A DNA stretch of 57,091 nucleotides from an uncultured bacterium (GCA_913009575.1 CAJVWH010000001.1:1-57091); one strand, 5' to 3'. Counted from the stretch's first letter, positions 16,503 through 25,700 are shown. Numbers and translations are program-made. The notes: a model not told the origin generated them from the letters alone.

Positions 16503-17765
16503 ATGCTAGACATAAAATTTATTCGTGAGAATCCAGATTTGGTTAAGGAGGCGGCAAGGAAAAAGCGCGTTGATTTTGACGCGCAAAAACTTCTGGACAT
16601 TGATGACAATCGGCTGGCGCTCTTAAGAGAAGTGGAGGAGATGCGCGCCAGGCAAAACGCGGCGAGCGAGCGGATTGCCAAAACTGAAAACGTGGAAGAA
16701 AGGGAAAAGGCGATTATGAAAATGAGAAGATTAAAAGAGGACTTAACGGAAAAAGAAAAGGAATTAAAGAAAACAGAATCTAAGTGGCGGGACTTGATGC
16801 TTATGGCGCCGAATATTCCCGACCCTTCTGTGCCGGAAGGTAAATCGGACGCTGATAATGTTGAAGTAAGGAAGTGGGGAGAAATTCGTCAATTTGATTT
16901 TGAGCCGAAAAGCCATATTGAAATAATGGAAAATTTGGGACTTGCGGATTTTGAAAGAGGCGCTAAAGTTTCCGGGTTCAGGGGCTATTTTTTAAGGGGT
17001 GACGCGGCGCTTTTGAATTTCGCCATCCTGCAGTTCACAATGCAAAAAATGATTGAAGCCGGCTTTGAGCCCTTTATCGCTCCGAGCTTGGTGAGGGAGG
17101 AAAGTTTTTTGGGAACTGGGTGGCTTCCGCAAGGAAAAGATGAAGTTTATAAAACGCAGGATGATTTATATTTATCCGGAACGGCGGAAGTGCCGATGAT
17201 GGGTTTTCATAAAGACGAAATTTTTAAAGAGGAAGATCTGCCGAAAACTTATATCGCTTTTTCGCCTTGTTTCAGGAGGGAAGCCGGAAGTTACGGAAAA
17301 GATACGAAAGGATTGGTGAGAGTGCATGAGTTTTATAAACTGGAACAGATTGTGCTTTGCGAGGCCGACCACCAAGAATCGGTAAAATGGCACGAAGAAA
17401 TTAACAGAAATGTTGAAAATCTTATGCAGGCTTTGAAAATTCCTTATCGCGTCGTTGCCAATTGCGGGGGCGACCTCGGGTTGGGGCAGGTTAAAAAATA
17501 CGATGTTGAATTGTGGGTTCCCGCGGAAAATAAATACAGGGAAATTTCTTCGGCTTCTTATTTTCACGATTTTCAAACGCGCCGTCTCAACATTCGTTAT
17601 CGCGACAAAGAAAACAAATTGCGGTTTGTCCATTCTCTAAACTCCACCGCAATGCCAACGCCGAGAATCATGGTTTCCATTATTGAAAACTACCAGCAGA
17701 AAGACGGCAGTATTATAGTGCCGGAGGTTCTGCGGAAATATTTAGGCAAAGATATAATTTCCTAA
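16503..17765 (+). CDS. serS: Seryl-tRNA synthetase
   Basis: 420 aa. N-terminal coiled coil and class II motifs (FRREAGS, GLVRVHEF, SGTAMPTPR-like tail). Confidence 0.95.
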   Translation: MLDIKFIRENPDLVKEAARKKRVDFDAQKLLDIDDNRLALLREVEEMRARQNAASERIAKTENVEEREKAIMKMRRLKEDLTEKEKELKKTESKWRDLMLMAPNIPDPSVPEGKSDADNVEVRKWGEIRQFDFEPKSHIEIMENLGLADFERGAKVSGFRGYFLRGDAALLNFAILQFTMQKMIEAGFEPFIAPSLVREESFLGTGWLPQGKDEVYKTQDDLYLSGTAEVPMMGFHKDEIFKEEDLPKTYIAFSPCFRREAGSYGKDTKGLVRVHEFYKLEQIVLCEADHQESVKWHEEINRNVENLMQALKIPYRVVANCGGDLGLGQVKKYDVELWVPAENKYREISSASYFHDFQTRRLNIRYRDKENKLRFVHSLNSTAMPTPRIMVSIIENYQQKDGSIIVPEVLRKYLGKDIIS

Positions 17766-17769
17766 TCAG

Positions 17770-17794
17770 ATGTCGGAAACCGGGTTTCCGACAT
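17770..17794 (+). terminator. Stem-loop after serS (ATGTCGGAAAC-cgg-GTTTCCGACAT), no U-tract
   Basis: 11-bp perfect stem and 3-nt loop, 5 nt after the serS stop codon. Confidence 0.45.
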
Positions 17795-17834
17795 GGGCGG
17801 ATGTTGAAAAATCGTAAAATGAGAAAATAAAACT

Positions 17835-18674
17835 ATGGTCAAGAAAGACATTCTTGCGTCCTCAAGAAAGTTGAGAAGAAAAAGAATTGCCTTAAGGACG
17901 GGGGTGCTCGTTATCGTTGCTTTGTTTTTATGCGCGGGTTTCGTCGGATTGTTTTACATTCAAAAATTCAGGATTCAAAAAGTTTCCGCCAAGGGAAATT
18001 ACGCCTTAAATAAAAAAGAAATAATTGAAAATATTTCGGATTCTTTGAATGGAAAATATTTCGGCATTTTTCCGCGGGATAATATCTTTATTATTCCGAA
18101 AGAGGAGATAAAAAGTAATCTTTTGGCGGCTTTTCCGCGCGTTAAAAGTGTTTTTTTGAATAGGGATTTTCCAAACTCCTTGTTCGTGGAAATCAAGGAA
18201 AGAAAGCCGGCGGCGTTATTTTGCGAAAATAACGAATCCGCCTTGCCCGCTTTGCCGAATCAAGGCGAGCCGACAGATAAATCCACCTACCGGCAGGGTA
18301 AGTGCAGTTTTGTAGGCGAGGATGGTTTTATTTTTGGGAAGGCCGCGCTTTTTTCCGGTAATGTGTATTTAAAATTTTACCGCGAGGGCGGCGGGAACGG
18401 GAAAACAATAACGCAACTCAAAAATTTGATGGAATTCGTAAAACTTGCCTCAAAAGAAAATATAAAAATTACAAAAATTATTTTGGCGGGGGAGGAATTA
18501 CGAAAATTTTACACTTCAGAAGGGTGGTATATTTTATTGAATAATAATAATGATACACAAATTACTTTTGAAAATTTAAAACTGGCTCTTGAAAATAAAA
18601 TCAAAGAAAACAGAAAATATCTTGATTACATAGACCTCCGCTTCGGCAACAAAGTCTACTACAAATTTAAATAA
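17835..18674 (+). CDS. FtsQ/DivIB-like POTRA-domain membrane protein
   Basis: 279 aa. Basic N-terminus, a single TM, then a POTRA-like segment (IQKVSAKGNYALNKKEI...VFLNRDFPNSLFVEIKERKP). Confidence 0.55.
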   Translation: MVKKDILASSRKLRRKRIALRTGVLVIVALFLCAGFVGLFYIQKFRIQKVSAKGNYALNKKEIIENISDSLNGKYFGIFPRDNIFIIPKEEIKSNLLAAFPRVKSVFLNRDFPNSLFVEIKERKPAALFCENNESALPALPNQGEPTDKSTYRQGKCSFVGEDGFIFGKAALFSGNVYLKFYREGGGNGKTITQLKNLMEFVKLASKENIKITKIILAGEELRKFYTSEGWYILLNNNNDTQITFENLKLALENKIKENRKYLDYIDLRFGNKVYYKFK

Positions 18675-18676
18675 AT

Positions 18677-18701
18677 GTCCCCGACATCGGATGTCGGGGA
18701 C
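18677..18701 (+). terminator. Stem-loop after the ftsQ-like gene (GTCCCCGACAT-cgg-ATGTCGGGGAC), no U-tract
   Basis: 11-bp perfect stem with the same cgg loop and the same ATGTCGG/CCGACAT heptamers as the serS hairpin. Confidence 0.45.
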
Positions 18702-18741
18702 GGGGAATTGCAAAAATAAGTTAAGTTGATATTATGATAAT

Positions 18742-19371
18742 ATGATTGAAATAATTCCGGCGATAAACGCGGGAGATTTTAAGGAAATTCGGAGGCGGGT
18801 CAAGCTTGTGGAACCGTTTGTTGATTGGGTTCAGATTGATGCGGCGGATGGGACTTTTACCAAGAACACGATTTGGCACAATCCGCGCGATTTGGCGTTT
18901 TTGGAGACTCCCTTAAAAATTGAACTTCATTTGATGTTGGACAAAATGGAGAGAAGGATAGAGGATTGGCTCCTGCCGAATGTCCACAGAATTATTTTTC
19001 ACATTGACGCGACAAACGACCCTGATTTCGTGATTGAAAAATGTAAAGAGGCGGGTAAGGAAACGGGTATCGCCATCGGACCGAGTGAATCGCTCATCAA
19101 GGCGCTGGAACATAAAGACAGGGCGGATATGTTTCAGATATTATCCGTGTATCCGGGATTGCCCGGACAGAAAGCGCTTCCGGAAGTGTTTGAAAGAATT
19201 GCCGAGTTGCGCAAATTTTGCGGAAGTTGTATTATAGAGGTTGACGGAGGAATGAACGGAGAAACTGTCAAAAAAGCCGTGGAGGCGGGAGCGGATATTA
19301 TTGCCACGGCAAGCGCGATTTTTAATCAAGAAGATGTTGGGAAAGCGATTGAAGAGTTAAAGAATTTTTAA
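18742..19371 (+). CDS. rpe: Ribulose-phosphate 3-epimerase family protein
   Basis: 209 aa TIM-barrel pattern (IPAIN..., QIDAADGTF, HLM, EVDGGMN). Lies next to transketolase. Confidence 0.8.
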   Translation: MIEIIPAINAGDFKEIRRRVKLVEPFVDWVQIDAADGTFTKNTIWHNPRDLAFLETPLKIELHLMLDKMERRIEDWLLPNVHRIIFHIDATNDPDFVIEKCKEAGKETGIAIGPSESLIKALEHKDRADMFQILSVYPGLPGQKALPEVFERIAELRKFCGSCIIEVDGGMNGETVKKAVEAGADIIATASAIFNQEDVGKAIEELKNF

Positions 19372-19475
19372 TTACTGATTTTCAATTTTATAAATAAATC
19401 ACAATTTCTTAATTTTAAAACATTAAAAATTTAATCATTATTTAAAAATTACAAAATTAAAAACTATAAAATTGA

Positions 19476-20363
19476 ATGATATCACATCTAACAGACGATA
19501 AAATAAAGTTTCTTGAAGAAAAAGCAAACGAGATCCGCCAATCCGTGATCAGGATGCTTCTTGAGGCCGGAAGCGGACACTCGGCCGGGTCTTTGGGAAT
19601 GGCGGATATTTTCACCGCTTTTTATTTTCATATTTCAAAGCATGACCCGAAAAATCCCAAATGGGAAGAGCGCGACCGGCTGGTGCTTTCAAACGGGCAT
19701 ATTTGTCCGGTGTTGTACGCCGCGATGGCGCACAGCGGATATTTTCCGATTGAAGAATTAAAAACTTTAAGGAAACTTGGCTCGCGCCTGCAGGGCCATC
19801 CTCACCGCGAGTGGCTTCCGGGCATAGAAACGAGCTCCGGCCCACTCGGTTCAGGTTTGTCGCAGGCGGTCGGAATGGCGCTTGCCGAAAGGATGAATGT
19901 CAAAAACGAGGGAAGCACTGCCGACAAAACGAAATGGTTTTATTGTTTTATGGGCGACGGAGAATTGGACTGCGGACAGGGATGGGAGGCGGTTATGCTT
20001 GCAGGTCGCGAGAAGATTTATAACTTGATAGGAATCATAGACCGCAATAATATCCAGATTGACGGATTCACGGAAGATATAATGCCGCTGGACCCATTGA
20101 AGGACAAGTTTGAATCATTCGGCTGGCATGTCTTGGAAATTGATGGCCATAATTTTAATGCCATTAACGACGCGATAGACGAGGCGAAAGCCATTTTTGA
20201 AAAGCCGACAATGATTATCGCGCGTACTATTCCGGGCAAAGGAGTGGATTTTATGGAACGGGAATTTTCATGGCACGGCAAATCGCCAAATAAAAAGGAG
20301 GCGGAAAAGGCGCTTCATGAGCTGAGGACGCTGGGGGGTAAGATTAAGGGGGAGCATGAGTAG
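19476..20363 (+). CDS. Transketolase, N-terminal (TPP-pyrophosphate-binding) subunit
   Basis: 295 aa. SGHSAGSLG, LSNGH, GSGLSQAVGMA, GDGELDCGQ, IIDRNNIQIDG. Confidence 0.9.
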   Translation: MISHLTDDKIKFLEEKANEIRQSVIRMLLEAGSGHSAGSLGMADIFTAFYFHISKHDPKNPKWEERDRLVLSNGHICPVLYAAMAHSGYFPIEELKTLRKLGSRLQGHPHREWLPGIETSSGPLGSGLSQAVGMALAERMNVKNEGSTADKTKWFYCFMGDGELDCGQGWEAVMLAGREKIYNLIGIIDRNNIQIDGFTEDIMPLDPLKDKFESFGWHVLEIDGHNFNAINDAIDEAKAIFEKPTMIIARTIPGKGVDFMEREFSWHGKSPNKKEAEKALHELRTLGGKIKGEHE

Positions 20364-20413
20364 TAGTCGCGGGAAAAAGTCGTTCCTTGAGGAGGAGCGA
20401 ATACAAAATTAAA

Positions 20414-20638
20414 ATGCAAAACAACAACTCAAAATTCAAAAAATTTGAAGAAATAATATTGTATATTGGGCTACTATTTTATTTAGGATTTGCAATGTTT
20501 TTTAGTGGCGATGGAGATATTTTATTATTAAAATTTGGGCTTGGTTCTTTGTTTTTCTTCTGGCTTTTAATTAAACTTGTTCACGGATTAATTAAACTTA
20601 TTCACGGAACGGTAAAAAATATAAGATATAAGATATAA
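20414..20638 (+). CDS. Small hydrophobic protein (hypothetical) between the transketolase halves
   Basis: 74 aa from the ATG (the ORF track starts at TTG 20387). Two predicted TM helices. Contains a 21-nt tandem duplication at 20567-20608 (LIKLVHG/LIKLIHG). Very AT-rich, so its coding status is uncertain. Confidence 0.35.
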   Translation: MQNNNSKFKKFEEIILYIGLLFYLGFAMFFSGDGDILLLKFGLGSLFFFWLLIKLVHGLIKLIHGTVKNIRYKI

Positions 20639-20642
20639 AAAT

Positions 20643-21632
20643 ATGTTAAACGAATCACAAAAATTAAATCCCAAACTATTGGACAAAGATGTTGAGCAGA
20701 CGCCGCTTCGCCAGGGGTATGGCGAAGGGCTTTTGCAGGCGGGGAAGGAGGATGAAAATGTGGTCGCGCTTTGCGCCGACTTGACCGGCTCCACCAAAAC
20801 TGCGATTTTCAGCAAAGAGTTTCCGGAGCGGTTCGTGGAAATGGGAATCGGCGAGCAGTCAATGGCGTCCGTTGCCTCGGGGATGGCGGCGATGGGAAAA
20901 GTTCCTTTCATCGCTTCTTACGCTATGTTTTCTCCGGGAAGAAATTGGGAGCAAATAAGGACGACTGTTTGCTACAATAATTCAAATGTTAAAATCGCCG
21001 GCGCGCACGCGGGAGTGTCGGTTGGACCGGATGGAGGAACACATCAGGCGATTGAGGACATCGCCATCACTCGTGTTATTCCAAGAATGACAGTTGTTGT
21101 TCCGTGCGACGCCATTGAATCGCGCAAGGCGACTGTCGCGGCGGCAAAAATGAAAGGGCCGGTTTATTTGCGCTTCGCGCGGGAGGCGACTCCGATTATC
21201 ACCACGGAAGAATCCCCGTTTGAAATCAGTAAAGCGAATCTGTTGAGAAACCCTAAAACTCCGCAAGCGACGATTATCGCCTGCGGTCCAATGGTTTACA
21301 ACGCCCTTATGGCGGCGGAAGAATTAAGCAAAGAGGGAATTGAAGTTTCAGTTTTGAATAATCACACTATTAAGCCAATGGACGAAGAGGCAGTCATTGA
21401 AGCCGCGAAAAAAGCCGGCGCGGTCGTCACGGTGGAGGAGCATCAGGTAAAAGGCGGAATGGGAAGCGCGGTGGCGGAAGTTTTGGCGAAAAACCGCCCG
21501 ACATTAATTGAATTCGTCGGCGTCCAAGACAGATTCGGCGAATCCGGCACGCCGGAAGAACTCATAGAACATTTTGGAATTGGAATTTCGCACATAAAAG
21601 AGGCGGTAAAGAAAGTGCTGGAAAGGAAATAG
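20643..21632 (+). CDS. Transketolase, C-terminal (pyrimidine-binding + C-terminal domain) subunit
   Basis: 329 aa. FVEMGIGEQSM, GPDGGTHQAIEDIA, EEHQVKGGMGS. Confidence 0.9.
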   Translation: MLNESQKLNPKLLDKDVEQTPLRQGYGEGLLQAGKEDENVVALCADLTGSTKTAIFSKEFPERFVEMGIGEQSMASVASGMAAMGKVPFIASYAMFSPGRNWEQIRTTVCYNNSNVKIAGAHAGVSVGPDGGTHQAIEDIAITRVIPRMTVVVPCDAIESRKATVAAAKMKGPVYLRFAREATPIITTEESPFEISKANLLRNPKTPQATIIACGPMVYNALMAAEELSKEGIEVSVLNNHTIKPMDEEAVIEAAKKAGAVVTVEEHQVKGGMGSAVAEVLAKNRPTLIEFVGVQDRFGESGTPEELIEHFGIGISHIKEAVKKVLERK

Positions 21633-21790
21633 GGCTTTTTTCTTGCGGTGGGGATTTTTTGGGTTATCATAAGGGTATTATCACCCAATCAGGCATACCG
21701 AAAGAAAAATGGTTTGGCAGGACTTAAACGCCTTTTTTAATCCACCTTAACCGCCCTTCTCTAATTGTTTTAGGCATATTTACACTCATT

Positions 21791-21812
21791 TCCCAAGGCT
21801 AACGCCTTGGGA
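21791..21812. repeat. Hairpin tcccaaggc-taac-gccttggga
   Basis: 9-bp perfect stem and 4-nt loop in the tkt/CNNM spacer. Carries the CCAAGG/CCTTGG core. Confidence 0.8.
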
Positions 21813-21922
21813 AAAAACCGCCATATGTGTGTGCATATTACACTCTCGGATTTCAAAGAAAGAGGGTTTCTGCCGCAATATCGCAGGATATCCTTCAACG
21901 GCAGGACGGGCAACCTGGGAAA

Positions 21923-21970
21923 CCCACTTGGAGACTTAGTCTCCAAGTGGAGACTAAGTCTCCAAGTGGG
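21923..21970. repeat. 48-nt perfect palindrome (23-bp arms) in an intergenic spacer
   Basis: cccacttggagacttagtctccaagt|ggagactaagtctccaagtggg. 23 of 24 position pairs are complementary (only the central pair is not). Contains inner palindromes gagac-tta-gtctc. Confidence 0.95.
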
Positions 21971-22009
21971 TGGTGGGCTAGTACAGGGTTTTGTTTTTAT
22001 TTGAAAATC

Positions 22010-22018
22010 TGGTATAAT
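22010..22018 (+). promoter_or_regulatory. Extended -10 promoter element (TGgTATAAT) for the DUF21/CBS gene
   Basis: ctggtataat, 11 nt upstream of the ATG at 22030. Confidence 0.45.
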
Positions 22019-22029
22019 GCCAATACTAT

Positions 22030-23034
22030 ATGCAAGCGTTGATATTTGTTGTTTTGATTGTTTTATCCGGATCAGCTCTTTTTTCCGGCATTGAAGCGGC
22101 ACTTTTCAGTATTTCTTTGAGTAGAGCCAAAGTTTTGGCGGAACAAAAGAAAAAAGGCTCCGCCGCTCTGGTGGCTGTTAAAGAAAATATTCGCCGCCCA
22201 ATCACAGCAATCGTTATTTTTAATAACACTTTTAATATAATAGGGAGCATTATGGTGGGTGTTATCGCCAGCCGAATATTCGGCAGCGGATGGATAGGCG
22301 TCATTTCCGCGATTTTCACTTTTCTCATTATAATTCTTGGAGAAATAATACCGAAAACCCTGGGTGAAAATTATGCGGAGGCGATATCTCTTTTTGCCGC
22401 CACTCCTCTCATTGCTTCCACAAAAATATTTTCTCCGATTATCTGGATTATTGAAAAAATAACTTTGCCGTTCGCCTCAAAAAACAAAATAGTTTCAGAA
22501 GAAGAAATCAGAATTTTAAGCCATCTCGGACACTTGGAGGGTTCCATTGAAAAAGACGAAAAAGAAATGATTCAAAAAGTTTTCCGGCTCAACGATTTGA
22601 CGGCGGAGGATATTATGACCCCGCGCACGGTGATTGAGGCGCTTGAGTACGACAAAACATTGGATGAAACCGAAGACGAGATATATGCTTTGAACCATTC
22701 ACGCTTACCCGTGTACAAAGAGGACCTTGATGACATAGTCGGCATCGCGCACCAAAGAAACCTACTGATTGCCATCGGCCGCGACCAAGGCAAGAAAAAA
22801 ATCTCGGAATTTGAAGAACCCCCCATATATGTTTCGGAAAAAATGAAGGCGGATGAGCTTTTGCCTTTCTTTCAAAAAAGAAGGTGCCATTTGGCAATAG
22901 TGAGGGATGAATTCGGGGGAACGAGCGGGGTAGTTACTTTAGAAGATGTTTTGGAACAATTGGTGGGGGAGATTGTGGACGAAACGGATGAGGAAATAGA
23001 TATGAGGATAAAAGCGAGAAAATTAAAACCTTAA
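22030..23034 (+). CDS. CNNM/CorB-type DUF21 + CBS-pair membrane protein (HlyC/CorC family, no CorC_HlyC tail)
   Basis: 334 aa. DUF21 TM region (SGIEAALFSISLSRAKVL, GEIIPKTLG) followed by a CBS pair (IMTPRTVI..., RLPVYKEDLDDIVGI..., HLAIVRDEFGGTSGVVTLEDVLE). Confidence 0.85.
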   Translation: MQALIFVVLIVLSGSALFSGIEAALFSISLSRAKVLAEQKKKGSAALVAVKENIRRPITAIVIFNNTFNIIGSIMVGVIASRIFGSGWIGVISAIFTFLIIILGEIIPKTLGENYAEAISLFAATPLIASTKIFSPIIWIIEKITLPFASKNKIVSEEEIRILSHLGHLEGSIEKDEKEMIQKVFRLNDLTAEDIMTPRTVIEALEYDKTLDETEDEIYALNHSRLPVYKEDLDDIVGIAHQRNLLIAIGRDQGKKKISEFEEPPIYVSEKMKADELLPFFQKRRCHLAIVRDEFGGTSGVVTLEDVLEQLVGEIVDETDEEIDMRIKARKLKP

Positions 23035-23039
23035 ATTTT

Positions 23040-24050
23040 ATGCATGACATTATTACAATCGGAACCGTGACAAGGGATGTCTTTTTGAAAAGCCCGGATT
23101 TTCATGTAATTGGGCAGTCTGATTTTTGCTCGCGCAACGACAATTTTCGCACCGGCAAAGCCGGCTGTTTTATGTTGGGTACGAAATTGGAAATTCCCAA
23201 GGTTGTAATTACCAGCGGGGGCGGGGGGACGAATACCGCCGTTGGTTTCGCGCGCCAAGGGTTAAAAACCGCCGCGATAGGCAGAATAGGCGATGACGAC
23301 ATAGGAAGAGAAATTATAGACGAGTTGAAAAAAGAAAATGTTGAGCCGATGATGCATATTGACAAGGGAAGCGACACGGCTTATTCAACAATTTTGGTGG
23401 CAAAGGACGGAGAAAGAACAATTTTGGAATACAGGGGAGCAAACGACAATCTTAGCGAGAAAGAAATAGATTGGGGCGGGTTAAAAGCAAAATGGATTTA
23501 TATTGATTCTTTGGCCGGCAATTTAAAACTGCTTGAAAAAATTTTGGGATGGGCGAAAGAAAACGGCATTAAGGTGGCGATGAATCCCGGGAAGCGCCTG
23601 ATAAAATTCGGGGAGGATTTATGGCCGTTTCTCGGGCAAGTTGATATTTTTTTCGCCAACGAGGACGAATCGGCGTATATTGCGGGTATAGAATATTCCT
23701 TGGAGAAAGAGCCGGAAATTTTCGCAAAAATGGATAAGATAGTCAAGGGAATTGTCATTATGACAAAAGGACCCAGGGGAGTTGAAATCTCAGACGGAAA
23801 AAAGCATTATATCGCGGGTGTCCCCGATTCTCCGATTGTGGACAGAACGGGAGCCGGCGATTCCTTTGGAAGCGGTTTTGTTTCCGGATATATTCAATCC
23901 GATGGGGACATAGAATATGCGATCCAGCTTGGCACCGCCAACGCCACTTCAGTGGTGAAGCATTTCGGCTCCAAAAAAGGATTGTTAAAAAAGGGCGAGT
24001 GGGGCGATTATCCCAAGGTTGAAGTGGAGATTAAGCAGCCGGTATGTTAG
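23040..24050 (+). CDS. PfkB/ribokinase-family carbohydrate kinase (copy 1)
   Basis: 336 aa. GGGGTNTAVG and the C-terminal DRTGAGDSFGSGF anion-hole/catalytic motif. Confidence 0.85.
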   Translation: MHDIITIGTVTRDVFLKSPDFHVIGQSDFCSRNDNFRTGKAGCFMLGTKLEIPKVVITSGGGGTNTAVGFARQGLKTAAIGRIGDDDIGREIIDELKKENVEPMMHIDKGSDTAYSTILVAKDGERTILEYRGANDNLSEKEIDWGGLKAKWIYIDSLAGNLKLLEKILGWAKENGIKVAMNPGKRLIKFGEDLWPFLGQVDIFFANEDESAYIAGIEYSLEKEPEIFAKMDKIVKGIVIMTKGPRGVEISDGKKHYIAGVPDSPIVDRTGAGDSFGSGFVSGYIQSDGDIEYAIQLGTANATSVVKHFGSKKGLLKKGEWGDYPKVEVEIKQPVC

Positions 24051-24073
24051 TATGTTGGTAATCAGACAAATTT

Positions 24074-25054
24074 ATGAATTATGATTTCATCGCGATAGGG
24101 GATACCGTAACCGACGCTTTTATTGAGCTTGAAGACGCGGAGGTTGAAGGCAACGACGGATTAACCAAAATCTGCATGCGTTTTGGCGACAAGATTCCGT
24201 ATAAAGATGTGCATATTGTTCCGGGTGTCGGCAACAGCGCCAATGCCGCCGTGAGCGCTTCGCGTTTGGGGATAAAAAGCGCTTTGGTCACGAATATCGG
24301 CGATGATTATTTTGGCGAGGAATGCCGCGATGTTTTAAAGAAAGAGGGGTTAGGAACTGAATTTATCAAGGTAAACGAGGACAAGAAAACGAATTACCAT
24401 TATGTCCTTTTGTTTAGGAGCGAACGGACGATTTTAATCAAGCACGAAAAATACGATTACAATCTGCCCGATATCGGAAAACCGAAATGGGTTTACCTCA
24501 GTTCGCTCGGTTCAAATTCTCTGCCGTTTCATTCGGTTATTGAAAAATACTTTGATAAAAATCCTGATGTTAAGCTCGCTTTTCAGCCGGGTACTTACCA
24601 AATGAAATTCGGCAAGGACGCGTTGAAGGGAATTTACAAGAGAGCGGATTTGTTTTTTTGCAACAAAGACGAGGCGCAAAGAATTTTGGAAATAAAAGAA
24701 GAAAACATTAAAAAATTACTGATTGCGATTTTTGGGCTGGGCCCCAAGATTGCCGTTATCACTGACGGAAAAAATGGCGCGTTTGTTTATGACGGAAAGG
24801 AGTTTTGGCAAATGCCGATATATCCGGATCCTAAGCCGCCGATTGACAGAACCGGCGCCGGCGATTCTTTTTCTTCCACTTTCACTTCGGCGCTCGCGCT
24901 CGGAATGGATATTCCCGAAGCGTTAAGATGGGGTCCGATAAATTCAATGTCGGTGGTCCAGCAGATCGGCGCGCGCGCCGGACTGCTTTCAAGAAAAGAA
25001 CTTGAAGAGAATCTCGCAAAAGCGCCGGAAGATTACAAACCGGAATTAATATAA
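24074..25054 (+). CDS. PfkB/ribokinase-family carbohydrate kinase (copy 2)
   Basis: 326 aa. PGVGNSANAAV and DRTGAGDSFSSTF. Tandem paralog of the preceding gene. Confidence 0.85.
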   Translation: MNYDFIAIGDTVTDAFIELEDAEVEGNDGLTKICMRFGDKIPYKDVHIVPGVGNSANAAVSASRLGIKSALVTNIGDDYFGEECRDVLKKEGLGTEFIKVNEDKKTNYHYVLLFRSERTILIKHEKYDYNLPDIGKPKWVYLSSLGSNSLPFHSVIEKYFDKNPDVKLAFQPGTYQMKFGKDALKGIYKRADLFFCNKDEAQRILEIKEENIKKLLIAIFGLGPKIAVITDGKNGAFVYDGKEFWQMPIYPDPKPPIDRTGAGDSFSSTFTSALALGMDIPEALRWGPINSMSVVQQIGARAGLLSRKELEENLAKAPEDYKPELI

Positions 25055-25077
25055 CTAAAAGATTAAAATTAAAAATA

Positions 25078-25126
25078 TAAAAATGATACAGTTTTTAAGC
25101 GATAGCAGATAAATTGTATCATTTAA
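25078..25126 (-). repeat. Hairpin repeat R1 (AATGATAC-N9-GCTATCGC-N9-GTATCATT family, reverse orientation)
   Basis: The plus strand reads aaaaatgatacagtttttaaGCGATAGCagataaattgtatcatttaaa. The core octamer is the reverse complement of the one in R2-R4. Confidence 0.9.
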
Positions 25127-25146
25127 ATTATGAGCTTTAAAGTATT

Positions 25147-25692
25147 ATGAGAAAAGATGTAAGACAAAAAATTCTTTTATTGCTTTTTGCGGGCGCGGCG
25201 CTGGGATTTTCGCGGTCTCCAAAGAATTATTTTAAGATTTTGGAAGAAATTCCAAAAGCGTGGAAGGAGATTAATCGTAACAGATTATATCGCATAGTGC
25301 ATGAGTTTTACAACGAGCGGATTATTGATTACAAGGAAGATAAAGACGGTATTGTTAGAATAGTTTTGACAAAAGAAGGAAAGAAAAAAGCCCTTCAATT
25401 CCAAATTGACGAGATAAAAATTAAAAAACCGACCGAGTGGGACAGTATATGGAGAATAGTGATTTTTGATATTCCGGAAAAAAAGAAAAAGGCAAGAGAG
25501 GCGCTTAGAAGAAAATTACAGGAATTGGGATTTAAAAAACTGCAAAAATCCGTTTTTGTTCATCCGTTTGAATGCGAGGACGAAATTGATTTTATTGTTG
25601 AGGTTTTTCAAATCCGCCCATATATTAGATTCATCCGCGCCACCTCAATAACAAACGAGGAGCAGTTCAAGATAAAGTTTAAGTTATTTTAG
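25147..25692 (+). CDS. PaaX-like protein: N-terminal winged-helix + Cas2/VapD-like domain
   Basis: 181 aa. The C-terminal half, WRIVIFDIPEKKKKAREALRRKLQELGFKKLQKSVFVHPFECEDEI, matches the Cas2-type beta1(-D)-alpha-beta pattern. The N-terminal half resembles a PaaX-type wHTH. Confidence 0.65.
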   Translation: MRKDVRQKILLLLFAGAALGFSRSPKNYFKILEEIPKAWKEINRNRLYRIVHEFYNERIIDYKEDKDGIVRIVLTKEGKKKALQFQIDEIKIKKPTEWDSIWRIVIFDIPEKKKKAREALRRKLQELGFKKLQKSVFVHPFECEDEIDFIVEVFQIRPYIRFIRATSITNEEQFKIKFKLF

Positions 25693-25700
25693 GATAATAT

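Noticed and set aside
21830-22010. M-box (Mg2+) or other riboswitch upstream of the CorB/CNNM-type gene.
   Set aside because: The best promoter element (TGgTATAAT, 22010-22018) lies downstream of the structured region, and I could not recognise M-box consensus blocks. It is left as an unexplained structured spacer only.
21770-22102. A 110-aa minus-strand ORF in the tkt/CNNM spacer.
   Set aside because: It overlaps the start of the well-supported DUF21/CBS gene and reads straight through the 48-nt palindrome. It has no motifs or start signals.
23040-25054. The tandem PfkB kinases as a possible novel system.
   Set aside because: They are ordinary paralogous sugar/nucleoside kinase genes within a pentose-phosphate/glycolysis cluster (rpe, tkt, fba). 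Nothing in the sequence is unusual beyond the duplication.
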